This document shows positions 1 to 12,879 of a stretch of 64,000 nt of DNA, piece by piece (within the stretch, counting starts at the first letter, position 1; each line of letters starts with the position of its first letter). Made by a program: the position numbers and the translations under genes. A model generated the notes under the pieces. It was not told the origin of the DNA, searched no databases, and saw nothing but the letters and a program-made list of their open reading frames with translations. The DNA comes from Octopus vulgaris (lineage: Eukaryota). The stretch lies in contig OX597824.1 of the NCBI GenBank assembly GCA_951406725.2, positions 91,822,001 through 91,886,000 on the forward strand, in the 5' to 3' direction.

Positions 1-18
1 TTTTCCCTTCTTAATATC

Positions 19-57
<39 letters not shown>

Positions 58-204
58 TAGTTGAATGAATTATCTTAGTATGGATAATTCGGTTAACCGA
101 TACCTGGGTAGCAAATTCACGTCAGAAAAACACGGTTGAAGCTACATGCCCAGAGCAGAGATCACGTGCTTTCGTGTGGAAATTTTTGTGTTTTTTTTTA
201 ATAC

Positions 205-363
205 AAATAAATGAAAGAATGGAGTTGAACGACGATTTAACAAAATTCCTGTATTCTCGACATATGTTTCGAAGGCTATTAGGAATATGCAGCCTTCGAA
301 ACATATGTCGAGAATAAAGGAATTTTGTTAAATCGTCGTTCAACTCCATTCTTTCATTTATTT
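205..363. repeat. Near-perfect fold-back (73-bp arms, 13-nt spacer) carrying the 3' half of a hammerhead motif; probable Penelope-like pLTR remnant
   Basis: 205-277 is the reverse complement of 291-363 with one mismatch. The right arm reads GAAAC-ATAT-GTC (298-309) followed by AATAAA and ends at a (TA)n tract. Confidence 0.8.
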
Positions 364-1376
364 ATATATATATATAATAAACAACTATATCCTATATTTA
401 TGAAACCTAGTATCGTACATCAAATCAAACAGAAGTTATTAAGAATCATTCCACCTACTTTCTTGCGAACTTGCTGTCTCCTCTCTTTATCTTTTGTATC
501 ACCCCTCGCAGCCGGTGAGTTTGTGAATCACATGCACCCATCCTTCTCTCTCTCACTCGACTCACTTTCGTTTCCTTTACCCCTCTCTATTAACTTCGTA
601 CTAACCGCTTCACCCTATTATTCCCTCGTAGAATGTCATCCCCTTGGAATGTTTCGCATGCAGCCATCATTTTGCAACTGTTCTAGCGAAATATCAACTA
701 TAAAATTTTCGCTGGTTTTGGATGGTCTGCAACGTCTTGGAAGGATGTGACACAGTCCTATCTTCCGGATCAAATTGATCGAGGTTTATATGTAGTAGAA
801 AAAACAATAAACTCATTACAGCAATAAAATTAACAATAATAACCATAATAATTTATAACAGGACAAAGTCAGACATTTTGTACGTGAATATAATCAATTA
901 AGGCTGACCAATAACTAAGTTGTTTTCCAACCGTGTCAGTGACCAGGTTGCAGTAGGCGCGACGGAAACATTTCTCGCAAAATAACTGTTAAAGTGTAGT
1001 TTAGAGTTTTTGCGTGTTTGTGAGTGACTAATACGTCTTCCACGCTGTAATTATTTTAGTTTCATCTCGCAATTTGAGACCATTTCATTTGCCTGGCAAA
1101 GTGCATTTGGGAAACTTATTTTATCGACCCCTGGTAAGTGACAGGCAAAGTCATCTTGGGCTTCGTTGGTACTCTGAGCATAAAGGTATCTTAATATAAC
1201 TGAATATTTTGTTGGGCTCTTTTCTTACTTCATACCGTCTTTTAATAATCTACCGCCATTTCGTCTGTCGCTCTCGCATTTCTGACAACCTATCGCTATT
1301 TTCCTGGTGTCTACTATCCATTCTGCCAGCCCACTAACCTCCTTAGCAAGAGCGAGAATTCATAATACTTACTTAC

Positions 1377-1525
1377 CTGTGCACAATGAGGTTCCTATGA
1401 AGGTAATCTACGGCGTTTACTATGGGCATGTACATTTTTCTGGCGTGATTCTCGCTTAAACTCCCTCTCAAATTGATATACTCCAGCAGTGTGCCATGAC
1501 TTGCAAACTCCATGATAATAAATGT
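1377..1525 (-). CDS. TSSK: Exon 2 of TSSK-like Ser/Thr kinase (subdomains V-VIb start)
   Basis: The acceptor is ttaatcacAG| and the donor is |GTAAGT. The 149 nt translate as TFIIMEFASHGTLLEYINLRGSLSENHARKMYMPIVNAVDYLHRNLIVH(R), in frame (phase 0) with exon 1, and end inside the HRD motif. Confidence 0.93.
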
Positions 1526-2497
1526 CTGTGATTAAAGTTACGACACATCATTGCTAGAAAAATGAAACTTATAATAAGATATATGACGTGTTCATTATTT
1601 AAAATATATGCAAGTAACATCAACAGGCGTAAACAATGACGGAGTCTCTACTTGGTAGGGCAGCTAGAAATAACAGACAAAGCTAGACAAATCTGTTTCT
1701 CAAAATTCACGCTAATGCCTTCAAAGAATTCATTTCGGATAACGTGATTCTGTTCTCCCTTCACATAATAAATACAGGACGGCCAAAGTTGAAAAATATT
1801 CGATCGCTGGTTTGCTCAATTAAGGTTTAGACCTGGAGGTAATCGATATCAATAAAAATAGATACAATGGCAGGTGATTTAATGAGACACTCCTTCAGTG
1901 GTCGTTTCACTAGAAATAGCAGTCGAATATTCTTCAAATAACATCTTGTCATCTGTCTTTAGCGTCTTCTAAAAGTTCAGGAGGCACTAGAATACTCTCT
2001 AAAAAGGACAGGGTAGTCGTAGACGGAATATCTTAGATCATAGGTCCGTACCATCAGGCTTGACCTGGGGCTAAATCAAACGAAAAAGAATAACAAAAAA
2101 ACCCCATAAAACAACGAAATAACATCAACAAAACGACAGACACAGGAAAAGGGGGGGGGGGAGATACTGGTTTACTAATTTCTTTCAATCTAGTTAATTA
2201 TTTAACCATTAAGGAAATCTAAATATAGCATAACTTACGGATATTGCATTTATGGACATCTTAATGATGTGAGAGAAGAAACTGGTTGGATAATGATGCG
2301 ACCAAGCAAAGCTATAGTTTGTGTAAAACGAAAAGGACATAAAACCAACGAAACAAGGCATTATGGGAAGAAAGTCTTCGTTTAAGTGTAAAGAAATAAA
2401 ATTCGAACAGAGAAATCATTTAAAAGTGTTATGATCAGGGTTTGTTATTATTTAATGATAAGTGGATTTCAAACCAATACTTAAAATATTATTATTA

Positions 2498-2858
<361 letters not shown>

Positions 2859-3005
2859 TATTATTATTATTATTATTATTATTATTTATTATTATTATTA
2901 TTATTTTATCCTTCACTCGCCCTAGGACGCCGGGTGTGCTTCGGCAAGTGATTATAACAAATATGCAGAGTGAAGGTAAATAATAATAACAACAACAACA
3001 ACAAC

Positions 3006-3094
<89 letters not shown>

Positions 3095-3114
3095 GAAGAA
3101 GAAGAAGAAGAAGA

Positions 3115-3440
3115 AGACCAAAATAATAAAATCTGTTTATTGATCGTCATGAGTGTTCATTCTTTGTGATTATAATATTTCGGCAAATGAATTTGACATG
3201 CTCAGAAAATATTAAGATTTGCCCATTGAAATCGAAAACATGTGGCATTTCAAGGCAGTTACAGAACTGAAGATTGGAGGAGCATTGGAAATAATAGAAA
3301 AAGGAACTGAATATTATCGGAGAATGATCCCTGGCTTACCACCCCTGCAAGAAGTACAAAAGATTGTTTTAACTGGTACGTCAAGGAGTTACTTATATTG
3401 TATTTAAAAAATGTCCTTGTTCCTATTAAATATTCCCAAA
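3115..3440 (+). mobile_element. Decayed R4/Dong-type RLE domain fragment
   Basis: Translates with stops and a frameshift as ...KICLLI...YNISANEFDMLRKY*DLPIEIENMWHFKAVT...GGALEIIEKG...IPGLPPLQEVQKIVLTGTS. It follows a (TAA)n(GAA)n tract. Confidence 0.75.
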
Positions 3441-4346
3441 ACTGCCTATTGTAATCTTCAGACACATAAAAAATGAAAAAGAACTATCCCCCACTACCTC
3501 TAACCCCGAGAAAATCTTGGATTTTCTGAACGATTCACACCGAAAAACAGTTCCAAGAGAGGTAAGTCCTGTTTATTGTGCAGCACCATGAGTGAATTCC
3601 ATCAGAAATCATATCAGACATGTTATAATTTACACAGAAGATTGGGGCGTTTAAAGATTCCTATTTAGTGTACGCTGCGGAATGCTCCATACACAAATTG
3701 ATTTACGCTGGTTATGTAACAGAACAATCAAATAAAATAATTCAATGGATGTAGGTATAACGTCAGGCACAATAGCAGTAATTCGATGGGATGAGCCGAA
3801 CATTTTTATATCAAGCGGCTGTAATTCCGAGGAAGACATGAGAGTGCCTATTCTTAGTAAACTTTCTCATTCTACTACACTTTCAGTTCTCAAAATGCAA
3901 GAGGACTAATACATTTTTGAATTGCCAACCTGACGCCTGAGAGGAATGTATTTCTTCTTCCCTTTGTCATGATGATTATCATATAGGATGAAGATGATGA
4001 TGATGGTGATCATCATCATCATCATCATCATCTTCTTCATCATCACGTTCACATGTTCTCTTTTCTGTATTCGTTTTTCCCTTTCTCTTTCTTTTTCTTC
4101 TTTTTCCTTGTAACCGTTTGTGAAACAGCGAAAGCCGATGATGGTATTTCATTTGAAAATGAACGCAGAATATTCCCGTCCATATTTTGAATTAGCTTAT
4201 CTGCGTTTTCCATGTATTTTTGTTTGTTTTATTTTACATTTTGAACTCGAGGAAGACAGACAATCTATTGAAATAGCGTTCAATTCGTTCAGTTCATTAA
4301 ACAAAGACAATCTCTATTACTAATTGCATCACGCTCTTCTTGTTGC

Positions 4347-4479
<133 letters not shown>

Positions 4480-4557
4480 TAATAATAATAATGATAATAA
4501 TAATAATATTAATAATAATAATAATAGTAAGAAGAAGAAGAAGAAGAGGAGGAAGAA

Positions 4558-4754
4558 TTCTTTCTACTAAAGTCACAAGGTCGGAGATTTGCAGGGAGGA
4601 GACTAGTCGAGTACATCGACACCAGTATTTCACTGGTACTTAATTTATCGACCCCCAAAGGATGAAAAGCAAAGTCAACCTCGGCAGAATTTGAACCCAG
4701 AACCTGAAGACAGACGAAATACCGCTGCGCTAACGATTCTGACAGTTCGCCGTC
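4558..4754 (-). mobile_element. tRNA-derived SINE, family D (Nin/Deu-like core TTTCATCCTTT-GGGGTCGATAAATTAAGTACCAG)
   Basis: Reverse complement of the family-D copies at 11951 and 15628. Confidence 0.8.
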
Positions 4755-5028
4755 TTAATAATGACAATAACTAATAATATTGGTTGTAAATTGTGTGTGT
4801 GTGTTTAAACATAAATGGTGCATCTGGTGGTAAAAATAGCAATGTAAAAAAACTAATAAAAAATAAAGATATTTATTAACGAAAAAAGAAAATATACAAG
4901 AATTTAATATATAATGCAATTTGTATCTTCTGCATAAAACTGATTGGTGAATATCTATCAAAATGTCAGCCAGTCACGATACAGCAGACTTCAATAAAAT
5001 CGTATAAATAAAAACATGGATAAAACTA

Positions 5029-6276
5029 TCAGGTTGTCCGGAAAGTACTGAGCGGTTTCAGGATTTGTGTCTTTAAGCCCATCGTGCAATAATCCTAATC
5101 TTAGTCTGACGCATACTTCAGAATTGCTTGCATATTGAAGCTTATCAGTATATATTTTAATTCTTTCAAATCTAATCGCCATTTGAAATGCGTAACCAAA
5201 AGATGCTTATTTGCCACATAATGCATTTCTTCTTCAAAATAGGTGAAAATGCTGTGGAAAAGTGGAAAACCAATTGTGGAGTTTATGGTTAAGTTACTGT
5301 GAATCAAATGTTCGAAGATGGTTTTTCAAAATTTAGATATGCTGAGTTGAGCTTAAAAATTGACAGTCGCTGTGGAAGATCCTCGACCTAAGATAACAAG
5401 AATTTGAAGATAACCATTGTAGGAAACTCGAATATTACGACTAGAGAACTTGCAGAGAAGTTGGAAGTTTCTGGAAATACCGTTCATGAAAAGTTAGTGA
5501 ATATTGGATGTTTCTCGCTATGATGTTTGGGTGCCTCACAAAACTGTCAGAATAAAACTGCATGCACCGGTATTCCATCTGGGAAACGCTTCTGAAACGC
5601 AATGAAAAGAAGCCTTTCTTGAAACAACAAGTAACTGGAGATGAAAAATGGATTGTTTACGATAATATATATAGAGAGAAAGAAATCCTGGAGTTTGCGT
5701 GAGGATCCTCCAAAACAGCTACCGAAGCGGAATATCCATTCCAAAGATGTCATGTTTTGTGGAATTTCAAAGGCATTATTTACTACGAGCTACTCCTACA
5801 AAATCAGACTATTAATGCTGATGTTTACTGCTGCCAGCTAACAAACTTGAATCAAGAGATCAAGGAGCTGAGGCCAGAGAACTGCACCTGGAAAGGGGTT
5901 GAGTTCCACCAGGACAATGCCAGATCACATGTGTCTTTGGATACCCACACAAAGTCGCATGGATTTGGGAAGGGTCTCATTCCCTGTCTATCATACTCCC
6001 CTGACATTGCACAGTCTAACTATCATTTGTTTCCCTCTCTGCAGAACTCTGTCAAAGGAAAATCATTTTATGATTCAGAGGGAGTCAAAACCCACATAGA
6101 TGACTTATTTTTCTCAAAAGCAACTGTGTTTTATGCCTATGGAATATTGAAATTGCCTGCTAAGGTCATAGAAAACAATGGAAATTACTTGAATGAATAA
6201 AGATGAGAGAATGCTTAAAATTCCTTATCGTTTATTGAGCTTAAAGTACACTTTCCGAACTTTCCGAACAACCTGA
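5029..6276 (+). mobile_element. Full-length decayed mariner transposon (~1.25 kb)
   Basis: The TIRs are TCAGGTTGTCCGGAAAGT ... ACTTTCCGAACAACCTGA with TA on both sides. Transposase motifs WVPHK, VTGDEKW, HQDNARSH and YSPDIAQSNYHLF are present, with frameshifts and stops. Confidence 0.93.
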
Positions 6277-6752
6277 TATTTATACATTTCCTTCTATAGA
6301 TGTAAAAGAAAGCTAACAAATCACCCTTGCAGCGGTCGTCTTTATGATTTTGATCACTGACGTACTAAAGCATCGGCTGTTTGCCCTATATGTCTATGCA
6401 TACATAAATACATACATACACACATACATACATACATACGTACGTACATACATACATACATATACAGATCCAATCCATCACTGGAACTGTAAAAATATTT
6501 AAGACTTTCCAGAAGATTATCATTTAAATATATATGAGCATGTCTAGATATGTAATTATATGCATGAGAATACGTGCATAAAACAAAACATACCAATCGG
6601 CACATATAGATACATAAAAAATTACCCTGTTGTTGATGTTGAAATTCTAATGAAGGAGCCTTGAATCTAGGTTAGAAACCGGCACTTTCTCTATTGCCAA
6701 GAAATCTTCAAGTAAAACTGAACAATGACATACATACATAATACATACATAC

Positions 6753-6812
<60 letters not shown>

Positions 6813-6962
6813 GTGCGTACATTCAATCGATATACTTGCACATACACACATATTTACCGCGTATGAGTTGACCATGTGGAGATATATATATAGACATAGA
6901 CATTGAGTGTAGAGGCGAGTGCTAATTAGACAAAGGAGGCAAGACCCCTGAGTATATAGCTG

Positions 6963-7012
6963 TATCGCGATTTCAAATATTGGTGTAGACCACCTTAATT
7001 CTCATCAGAGAC
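6963..7012 (-). ncRNA. Decayed type-I hammerhead motif
   Basis: The minus strand reads gtct-CTGATGA-gaat..ggtg-gtcta-cacc..attt-GAAA-tcgcga-TA. Stem I no longer pairs. Confidence 0.5.
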
Positions 7013-7912
7013 TTTTAACGCCTAGGGTTAAACCCAACTTCCTTCGCCAAACTTATAAGAAAAACAGTTCAAATTATGTGCTGATTTTTGAAAACGGTTA
7101 AAGTGTAAACAACAAATGAAAAGGGTGGCTTATTAGCGATTAGAAACCAAAGGCCAAAAAGCGACCCTTTTATTTTGTTATAGACATGCACATATATTCG
7201 CCCGTGTTGATGGTTATAAAGGGAGTCCCCAAGATCTCGAAGACAATTTTTGCTTCAGCATGTTGTTTGTATATGTGTGTGTGTGTGCTTGAGCGTGTGT
7301 ATTTGTGTCTTTGTGCGTCTAAGTGCGTATGTGTGTATGTATGTGTGTGTATGTGTGTGCGTGTGTGTGTGTGTATGTGTGTGTGTGTGTGTGTGTGTTA
7401 CTCGCGCATTGAATGCGTTGCGTGAATGCTTTCGGTGGTTAGAATTCTGCTATATAATTGTTATAAAGAGAAATTCTGTTTCTCTGAACGGTATCTCATA
7501 CTTTATGGAATTCTATAGTGAAAAATAAATAAGTAAATAAATGATATGAATGAAACGAAAGAAAGAAGTCGAGTAAAATGTAAATCCCTCGGATGCAAAC
7601 CCTGAGGGCATCTTTCGTAAATCTGCTTATCACCACGTTTGTGTTTTTTTTTGCAGTTTTACTTTATATGTGAAAATCTATGGAAAGGCATCGAGGACAT
7701 AATCGAAATATTCAACATAATACAACGTGTCTGAGTGTTGTGACTTATATAATAATCTTCGAATCGATATACAGCATGCATCTGTGTACGTGTATACACG
7801 CGTGTCATTATACGCAGAAAGAAAAAGAGAAAGAAAATGAGAGAAAGAGAGGCGGAGAGAAGAAGGATTTAGGCTTTTTATTCCAGTCTTGTAAATAGAT
7901 GCTTCTTTTAAA

Positions 7913-8328
7913 AGGAATGGCTGTGTGGTAAGTAGCTTGCTAACCAACCACATGGTTCCGTGTTCAGTCCCACTGCGTGGCACCTTGGGCAAGTGTCTTC
8001 TGCTAAAGCTCCGGGCCGACCAATGCCTTGTGAGTGGATTTGGTAGACGGAAACTGAAAGAAGCCTGTCGTATATATGTATATATATATGTATGCGTATG
8101 TGTTTGTGTATCTGTGTTTGTCCCCCTAGCATTGCTTGACAACCGATGCTGGTGTGTTTACGTACCCGTCACTTAGCGCTTCGGCAAAAGAGACCGATAG
8201 AATAAGTACTGGGCTTACAAAGAATAAGTCCTGGGGTCGATTTGCTCGACTAAAGGCGGTGCTCCAGCATGGCCGCAGTCAAATGACTGAAACAAGTAAA
8301 AGAGTAAAAGAGTAAAAGAGTAAAGAGA
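7913..8328 (+). mobile_element. tRNA-derived SINE, family A (CORE-like GGCACCTTGGGCAAGT, internal microsatellite, (AGTAAAAG)n tail)
   Basis: A-box-like TGGCTGTGTGG and B-box-like GTTCAGTCCC are present. It is near-identical to the copies at 9231 and 11209. Confidence 0.88.
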
Positions 8329-9230
8329 GCTGTCCACTCGTGACCGAGGAAGACTATCACTGACCATTACCCATGCAAAATGTCAGCAATGTTTGTGCAA
8401 ATGTCCGGTTCAATAAATCTTGCACGACATCTCAAAAAAACTCTTCACCCTATTGACATGATCGAGAGAGAAGCCGAGGCAAAATATCAAGTGCCTATCC
8501 GGGTCGCAAGCTTCGGAATGTGGGAACGGCATGATCTTGAGCGCCTGCAAAAGATTTCCAAAACGTCCACTTCTATTCCCTGCATATCTGATTTTATACT
8601 AGAGCGATCTCCGAGAGACACGTTTTAACAAAAACGAGGGGTGTCTCCCTCTCAGTAGATTCCAGCACGCTGGACACGAACCAGGAATTCCTAGGGGACA
8701 GTGATATTAGATAGTTATTGAACCTACACACAGCTCATCCGTCTTTTCTGACAGATCTTGCGTTTAGTCCTGCTGGGTTTAGCAGCCCTCCTCAGTTGTT
8801 CCACAGTAGCACCGTCGACGTCTAAAGTACTATCCTCATCAGGCTAGCCTGCTGAGAATGTTTGTTAGAAACACAGTTGGACTTTTTAAAATAATATCTA
8901 ACTGTCAATCGATCCCATTACTTATCTTTTTCAAAGCGTGGTCCTTATTCGATGGGGTTTCATTACCGAACCGCTAGATTACGGCAACGTAAACACACTA
9001 ACACCGGTTGCCAAGTGGTGATGGGGAACAAGCCCAGACACAAAGACTCAGACATATAAATATATACATATATATATATACGATGGGTTTCGAATATTTC
9101 AAAATATACTCCGAATATTTTCCAGAACTGAATGATTCCTGGTTATACATCTTCCCAAATTAACGATATACGTGTTTCGAAATAGGTGAGATGTTTAACA
9201 CACAATTTCAAATCTGATTAAATATTTGGA

Positions 9231-9613
9231 GGCGCAGGAGTGACTGTGTGGTAAGTAGCTTGCTTACCAACCACATGATTCCGGGTTCATTCCTACTGCG
9301 TGGCACCTTGGGCAAGTGTCTTCTGCTACAGCCTCGGGTAGACCAAAGCCTTGTGAGTGGATTTGATAGACGGAAACTGAAAGAAGCCCGTCGTATATAT
9401 GTATATGTATACGTGTGTGTGTATATATGTTTGTGTGTCTATGTTTGTCCCCCCACCATCGCTTGACAACTGATGCTGGTGTGTTTACGACCCAGTAACT
9501 TAGCGCTTCGGCAAAAGAGACCGAATACAAAGAATAAGTCCCGGGGTCGATTTGTTCGACTAAAGGTAGTGTTCCAGCATGGCCGCAGTCAAATGACTGA
9601 AACAAGTAAAAGA
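9231..9613 (+). mobile_element. SINE family A
   Basis: Collinear with 7913-8328. Confidence 0.88.
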
Positions 9614-9867
9614 ATAATACAGAGAGCTTTCAACATTCTTACATTTTGAAGGAGAGATGTTTTAACAATCCTAACGTGCATAAGCTGTAGTCAAGCGAGG
9701 GACAGCTTCCGGAACCTGCCGCCAAACATTGGCGTTCCGTACACAAGATGGTGGCTGAGCTTGTCCTCCACCACCGTTTGACAACCGGTGTTAGTGTGTT
9801 CACGACCAAAGAAGAACTAGCCCAATATGGCAGCAATCTAACGACTGAAATAGATTGAAATAGATAG

Positions 9868-10256
9868 GTGGATGTGGAAGCACTCCGTCGGTTACGACGA
9901 TGAGGGTTCCGGTTGATCCGACCAACGGAACAGCCTGCTCGTGAAATTAACGTGTAAGTGGCTGAGCACTCCACAGACACGTGTACCCTTAACGTAGTTC
10001 TCGGGGATATTCAGCGTGACACAGAGAGTGACAAGGCCGGCCCTTTGAAATACAGGTACAACAGAAACAGGAAGTAAGAGTGAGAGAAAGTTGTGGTGAA
10101 AGAGTACAGCAGGGATCACCACCATCCCCTTCCGGAGCCTCGTGGAGCTTTAGGTGTTTTCGCTCAATAAACACTCACAACGCCCGGTCTGGGAATCGAA
10201 ACCGCGATCCTACGACCGCGAGTCCGCTGCCCTAACTACTGGGCCATTGCGCCTTC
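9868..10256 (-). mobile_element. tRNA-derived SINE with family-B head and family-C tail (octopus OR-type)
   Basis: The head GGCGCAATGGCCCAGT-GTTAGGGCAGCGGACTCGCGGTCGTAGGATCGCGGTTTCGATTCCC is shared with 20975, 25293 and 45695. The 3' half is shared with 10804-11113. Confidence 0.88.
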
Positions 10257-10803
10257 TACTGAAATAGGTAAAGCGTAACTGATAAAAGGTTAAAGATAGG
10301 GTCCATATAACACATTATCCCTAAAAGCCTTATCACCAAAATATCAACAGTTTTTCGGCAGGTAACACTGAAGCCATAATTGCGTTTTTGTTTGATTAGC
10401 GCGAAGGTGTTTGAGAATCTAATTGTACGAAAATTAGTCAGTTCCTTTTAGAACGGTGCCCGAAATGTCTGTACAAGTATTAGCATAAATGAAATTATTA
10501 TATATGATTACGTCTTAGGTTTTCTCTACGCTGTTGAATCTCACTTAAGTATAAGAAAAAAGCAATCAGAATGAACTATGCTAATAAACTCGTTAATAAA
10601 CCAATTTATAATAAGGTAATAATTACTGCCATAGATTCAAAGCTAGACATTCGAATGCGTGTATGTGTGTGCATGTGTGTGTGTGTGTGTGTGGTGGGGG
10701 TAGAATTGTGTACAGGAAAAAGTCAATTAAACCGGCTGCATTACTAAGGAAAGATGAAAAAAGATATAAAGTCAAGTGTTATTGTATATTGCTGTGAAAT
10801 CTG

Positions 10804-11113
10804 GTGGCTTCGTGGTTAGGGCATTCGTCTCACGATTGTAAGGTCGTGAGTTCAATTCCCGGCGACGCGTTGTGTCCTTGAGCAAGACACTTTATTTCAC
10901 GTTGCTCCAGTTCACTCAGCTGGCAAAAATGAGTTGTACTTGTATTTCAAAGAGCCAACCGTGTCACATTCTGTATCACGCTGAATCTCTCTGAGAACTA
11001 CGTTAATGGTACACGTGTCTGTGGAGTGCTCAGCCACTTGCACGTTAATTTTACGAGCAAGCTGTTCCATTCATCGTATCAGCTGTGACGCTCGTCGTCG
11101 CAACCGACGGAGT
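10804..11113 (+). mobile_element. tRNA-derived SINE, family C (GTGTCCTTGAGCAAGACACTT core)
   Basis: It has a tRNA-like head with a GAGTTCAATTCCC B box. The 3' ~180 bp match the 9868-10256 element. Confidence 0.82.
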
Positions 11114-11208
11114 GATCCTTATATTACTATATTCTCAAAGACGTTTTCTTCTTCCGTCCCTCCTTTATAATAAGGATTTCTTTCAGAAACACAGGGTTTT
11201 AAAATATC

Positions 11209-11423
11209 TACTCTTTACTCTTTTACTCTTTTACTTGTTTCAGTCATTTGACTGCGGCCATGCTGGAGCACCGCCTTTATTCGAGCAACTCGACCCCGGG
11301 ACTTATTCTTTGTAAGCCCAGTACTTATTCTATCGGTCTCTTTTGCCGAACCGCTAAGTTACGGGGACATTAACACACCAGCATCGGTTGTCAATCAATG
11401 CTAGGGGGACAAACACAGACACA

Positions 11424-11489
<66 letters not shown>

Positions 11490-11660
11490 CATATATACGA
11501 CGGGTTTCTTTCAGTTTCTGTCTACCAAATCCACTCACAAGGCTTTGGTCGGCCCGAGGCTATAGTAGAAGACGCTTGCCCAAGGTGCCGCGCAGTGGGA
11601 CTGAACCCGGAACCATGTGGCTGGTAAACAAGCTACTTACCACACAGCCACTCCTGCGCC
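11209..11660 (-). mobile_element. SINE family A (full length)
   Basis: Reverse complement of 7913-8328, with a (CTTTTACT)n tail at the left end. Confidence 0.9.
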
Positions 11661-11769
11661 TTTATTATTTTTATTCTTCAGAAGCGATGCGCATCTGATC
11701 AATATCCTGTCTACTTTTCACACAAAGCTTGAAATTTTGAATTTGTGGCACAGTTGTTTACATGGACCC

Positions 11770-11925
11770 TATGACTCAGCTAGTGTTTTATTTCATCGAA
11801 CGCGAAAGGATTAAATGCAAATTCGGCCTCGGCGGAATTTGAACTGAAGACGTAAAGATTCGAGAGAAATGCCGCTAAACATTCTGTCCGGCATGCTAAC
11901 GATTCTGCCAACTCACTGACTTACC
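11770..11925 (-). mobile_element. Decayed SINE family D
   Basis: Reverse-complement match to the family-D head, arranged head-to-head with the 11951 copy. Confidence 0.65.
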
Positions 11926-11950
11926 TTTGATTAATATTAATCACCAAAAG

Positions 11951-12405
11951 GGGGGGTAAGCTGGCAGAATCGTTAGCACGCCGGGAGAAATGCTTAGCGG
12001 TATTTCGTCTGCTGCTACGTTCTGAGTTCAAATATTGCCGAGGTCGACTTTGCCTTTCATCCTTTCGGGGTCGATAAATTAAGTACCAGTTACGTACTGG
12101 GGTCGATGTAATCGACTTAATACCTATGTATGTCCTTGTTTGTCCCCTCTGTGTTTAGTCCCTTGTGGGTAATAAAGAAATAGGTATTTCGTCTGCTGCT
12201 ACGTTCTGAGTTCAAATTCCGCCGAGGTCAACTTTGCCTGTAATCCTTTCGGGGTTGATTTAATAAGTACCAGTTACACACTGGGATCGATGTAATCGAC
12301 TTAATACCTATGTCTGTCCTTGTTTGTCCTCTCTGAGTTTAGCCCCTTGTGGGTAGTAAAGAAATAGGTATTTCGTCTGCCGTTACGTTCTGAGTTCAAA
12401 TTCAG
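11951..12405 (+). mobile_element. SINE family D with internal 184-bp tandem reiteration
   Basis: GGTATTTCGTCTGC recurs at 11999, 12183 and 12367. Confidence 0.88.
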
Positions 12406-12529
12406 CCTTACGGGAAAGATTAACAATATTTTATTTTGGTCTTGTCATCTGCTTGCAACTGTTAGTTGCACCGACAGGCACTTATAACAGGCTGAATCAA
12501 CCAAAGTCATAAATAAATACGCACATCAA

Positions 12530-12680
12530 CAGTTTTCGGCGTAACCGTAGCCCTAAATATAACCCTACCCCTAAACACCTTCATCAATCATATATATATA
12601 CACACACCACCAGTTTCGGCGTAACCGTAACCCTAAATATGACTCTACCCCTAAACAACTTCATCAATAATATATATATA
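12530..12680. repeat. Two tandem ~81-bp units with CCCTAA/AACCCT-like motifs
   Basis: cagtttcggcgtaaccgta.ccctaaatat.ac.ctacccctaaaca.cttcatcaat occurs at 12530 and 12611. Confidence 0.85.
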
Positions 12681-12809
12681 TATTATACATTACATACAAG
12701 AGAAGTGAGCTGAGACAGTGCGTGTCTGTTATATTCGTTTACGATTGTTTTAACAGTTTTATTAATTATATGATAAATATTAATCAACGCGCATATAAAA
12801 TGTACATAC

Positions 12810-12877
<68 letters not shown>

Positions 12878-12879
<2 letters not shown>

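Noticed and set aside
325-750. 141-aa plus-strand ORF
   Set aside because: It starts in the palindrome, crosses (TA)n and CT-rich sequence, has no domain, and is antisense within the TSSK intron.
5757-6200. Mariner ORF as an active or domesticated transposase
   Set aside because: There are upstream frameshifts and stops, and the third catalytic Asp is replaced (SNYHLF).
10180-10256. tRNA-like sequences (also 10804-10865 and other SINE heads)
   Set aside because: They continue into SINE bodies and tails and lack a clean acceptor stem, so they are SINE heads rather than tRNA genes.
11999-12405. Regularly spaced repeats suggestive of a CRISPR array
   Set aside because: Whole 184-bp units repeat with no unique spacers, the context is eukaryotic, and there are no cas genes.
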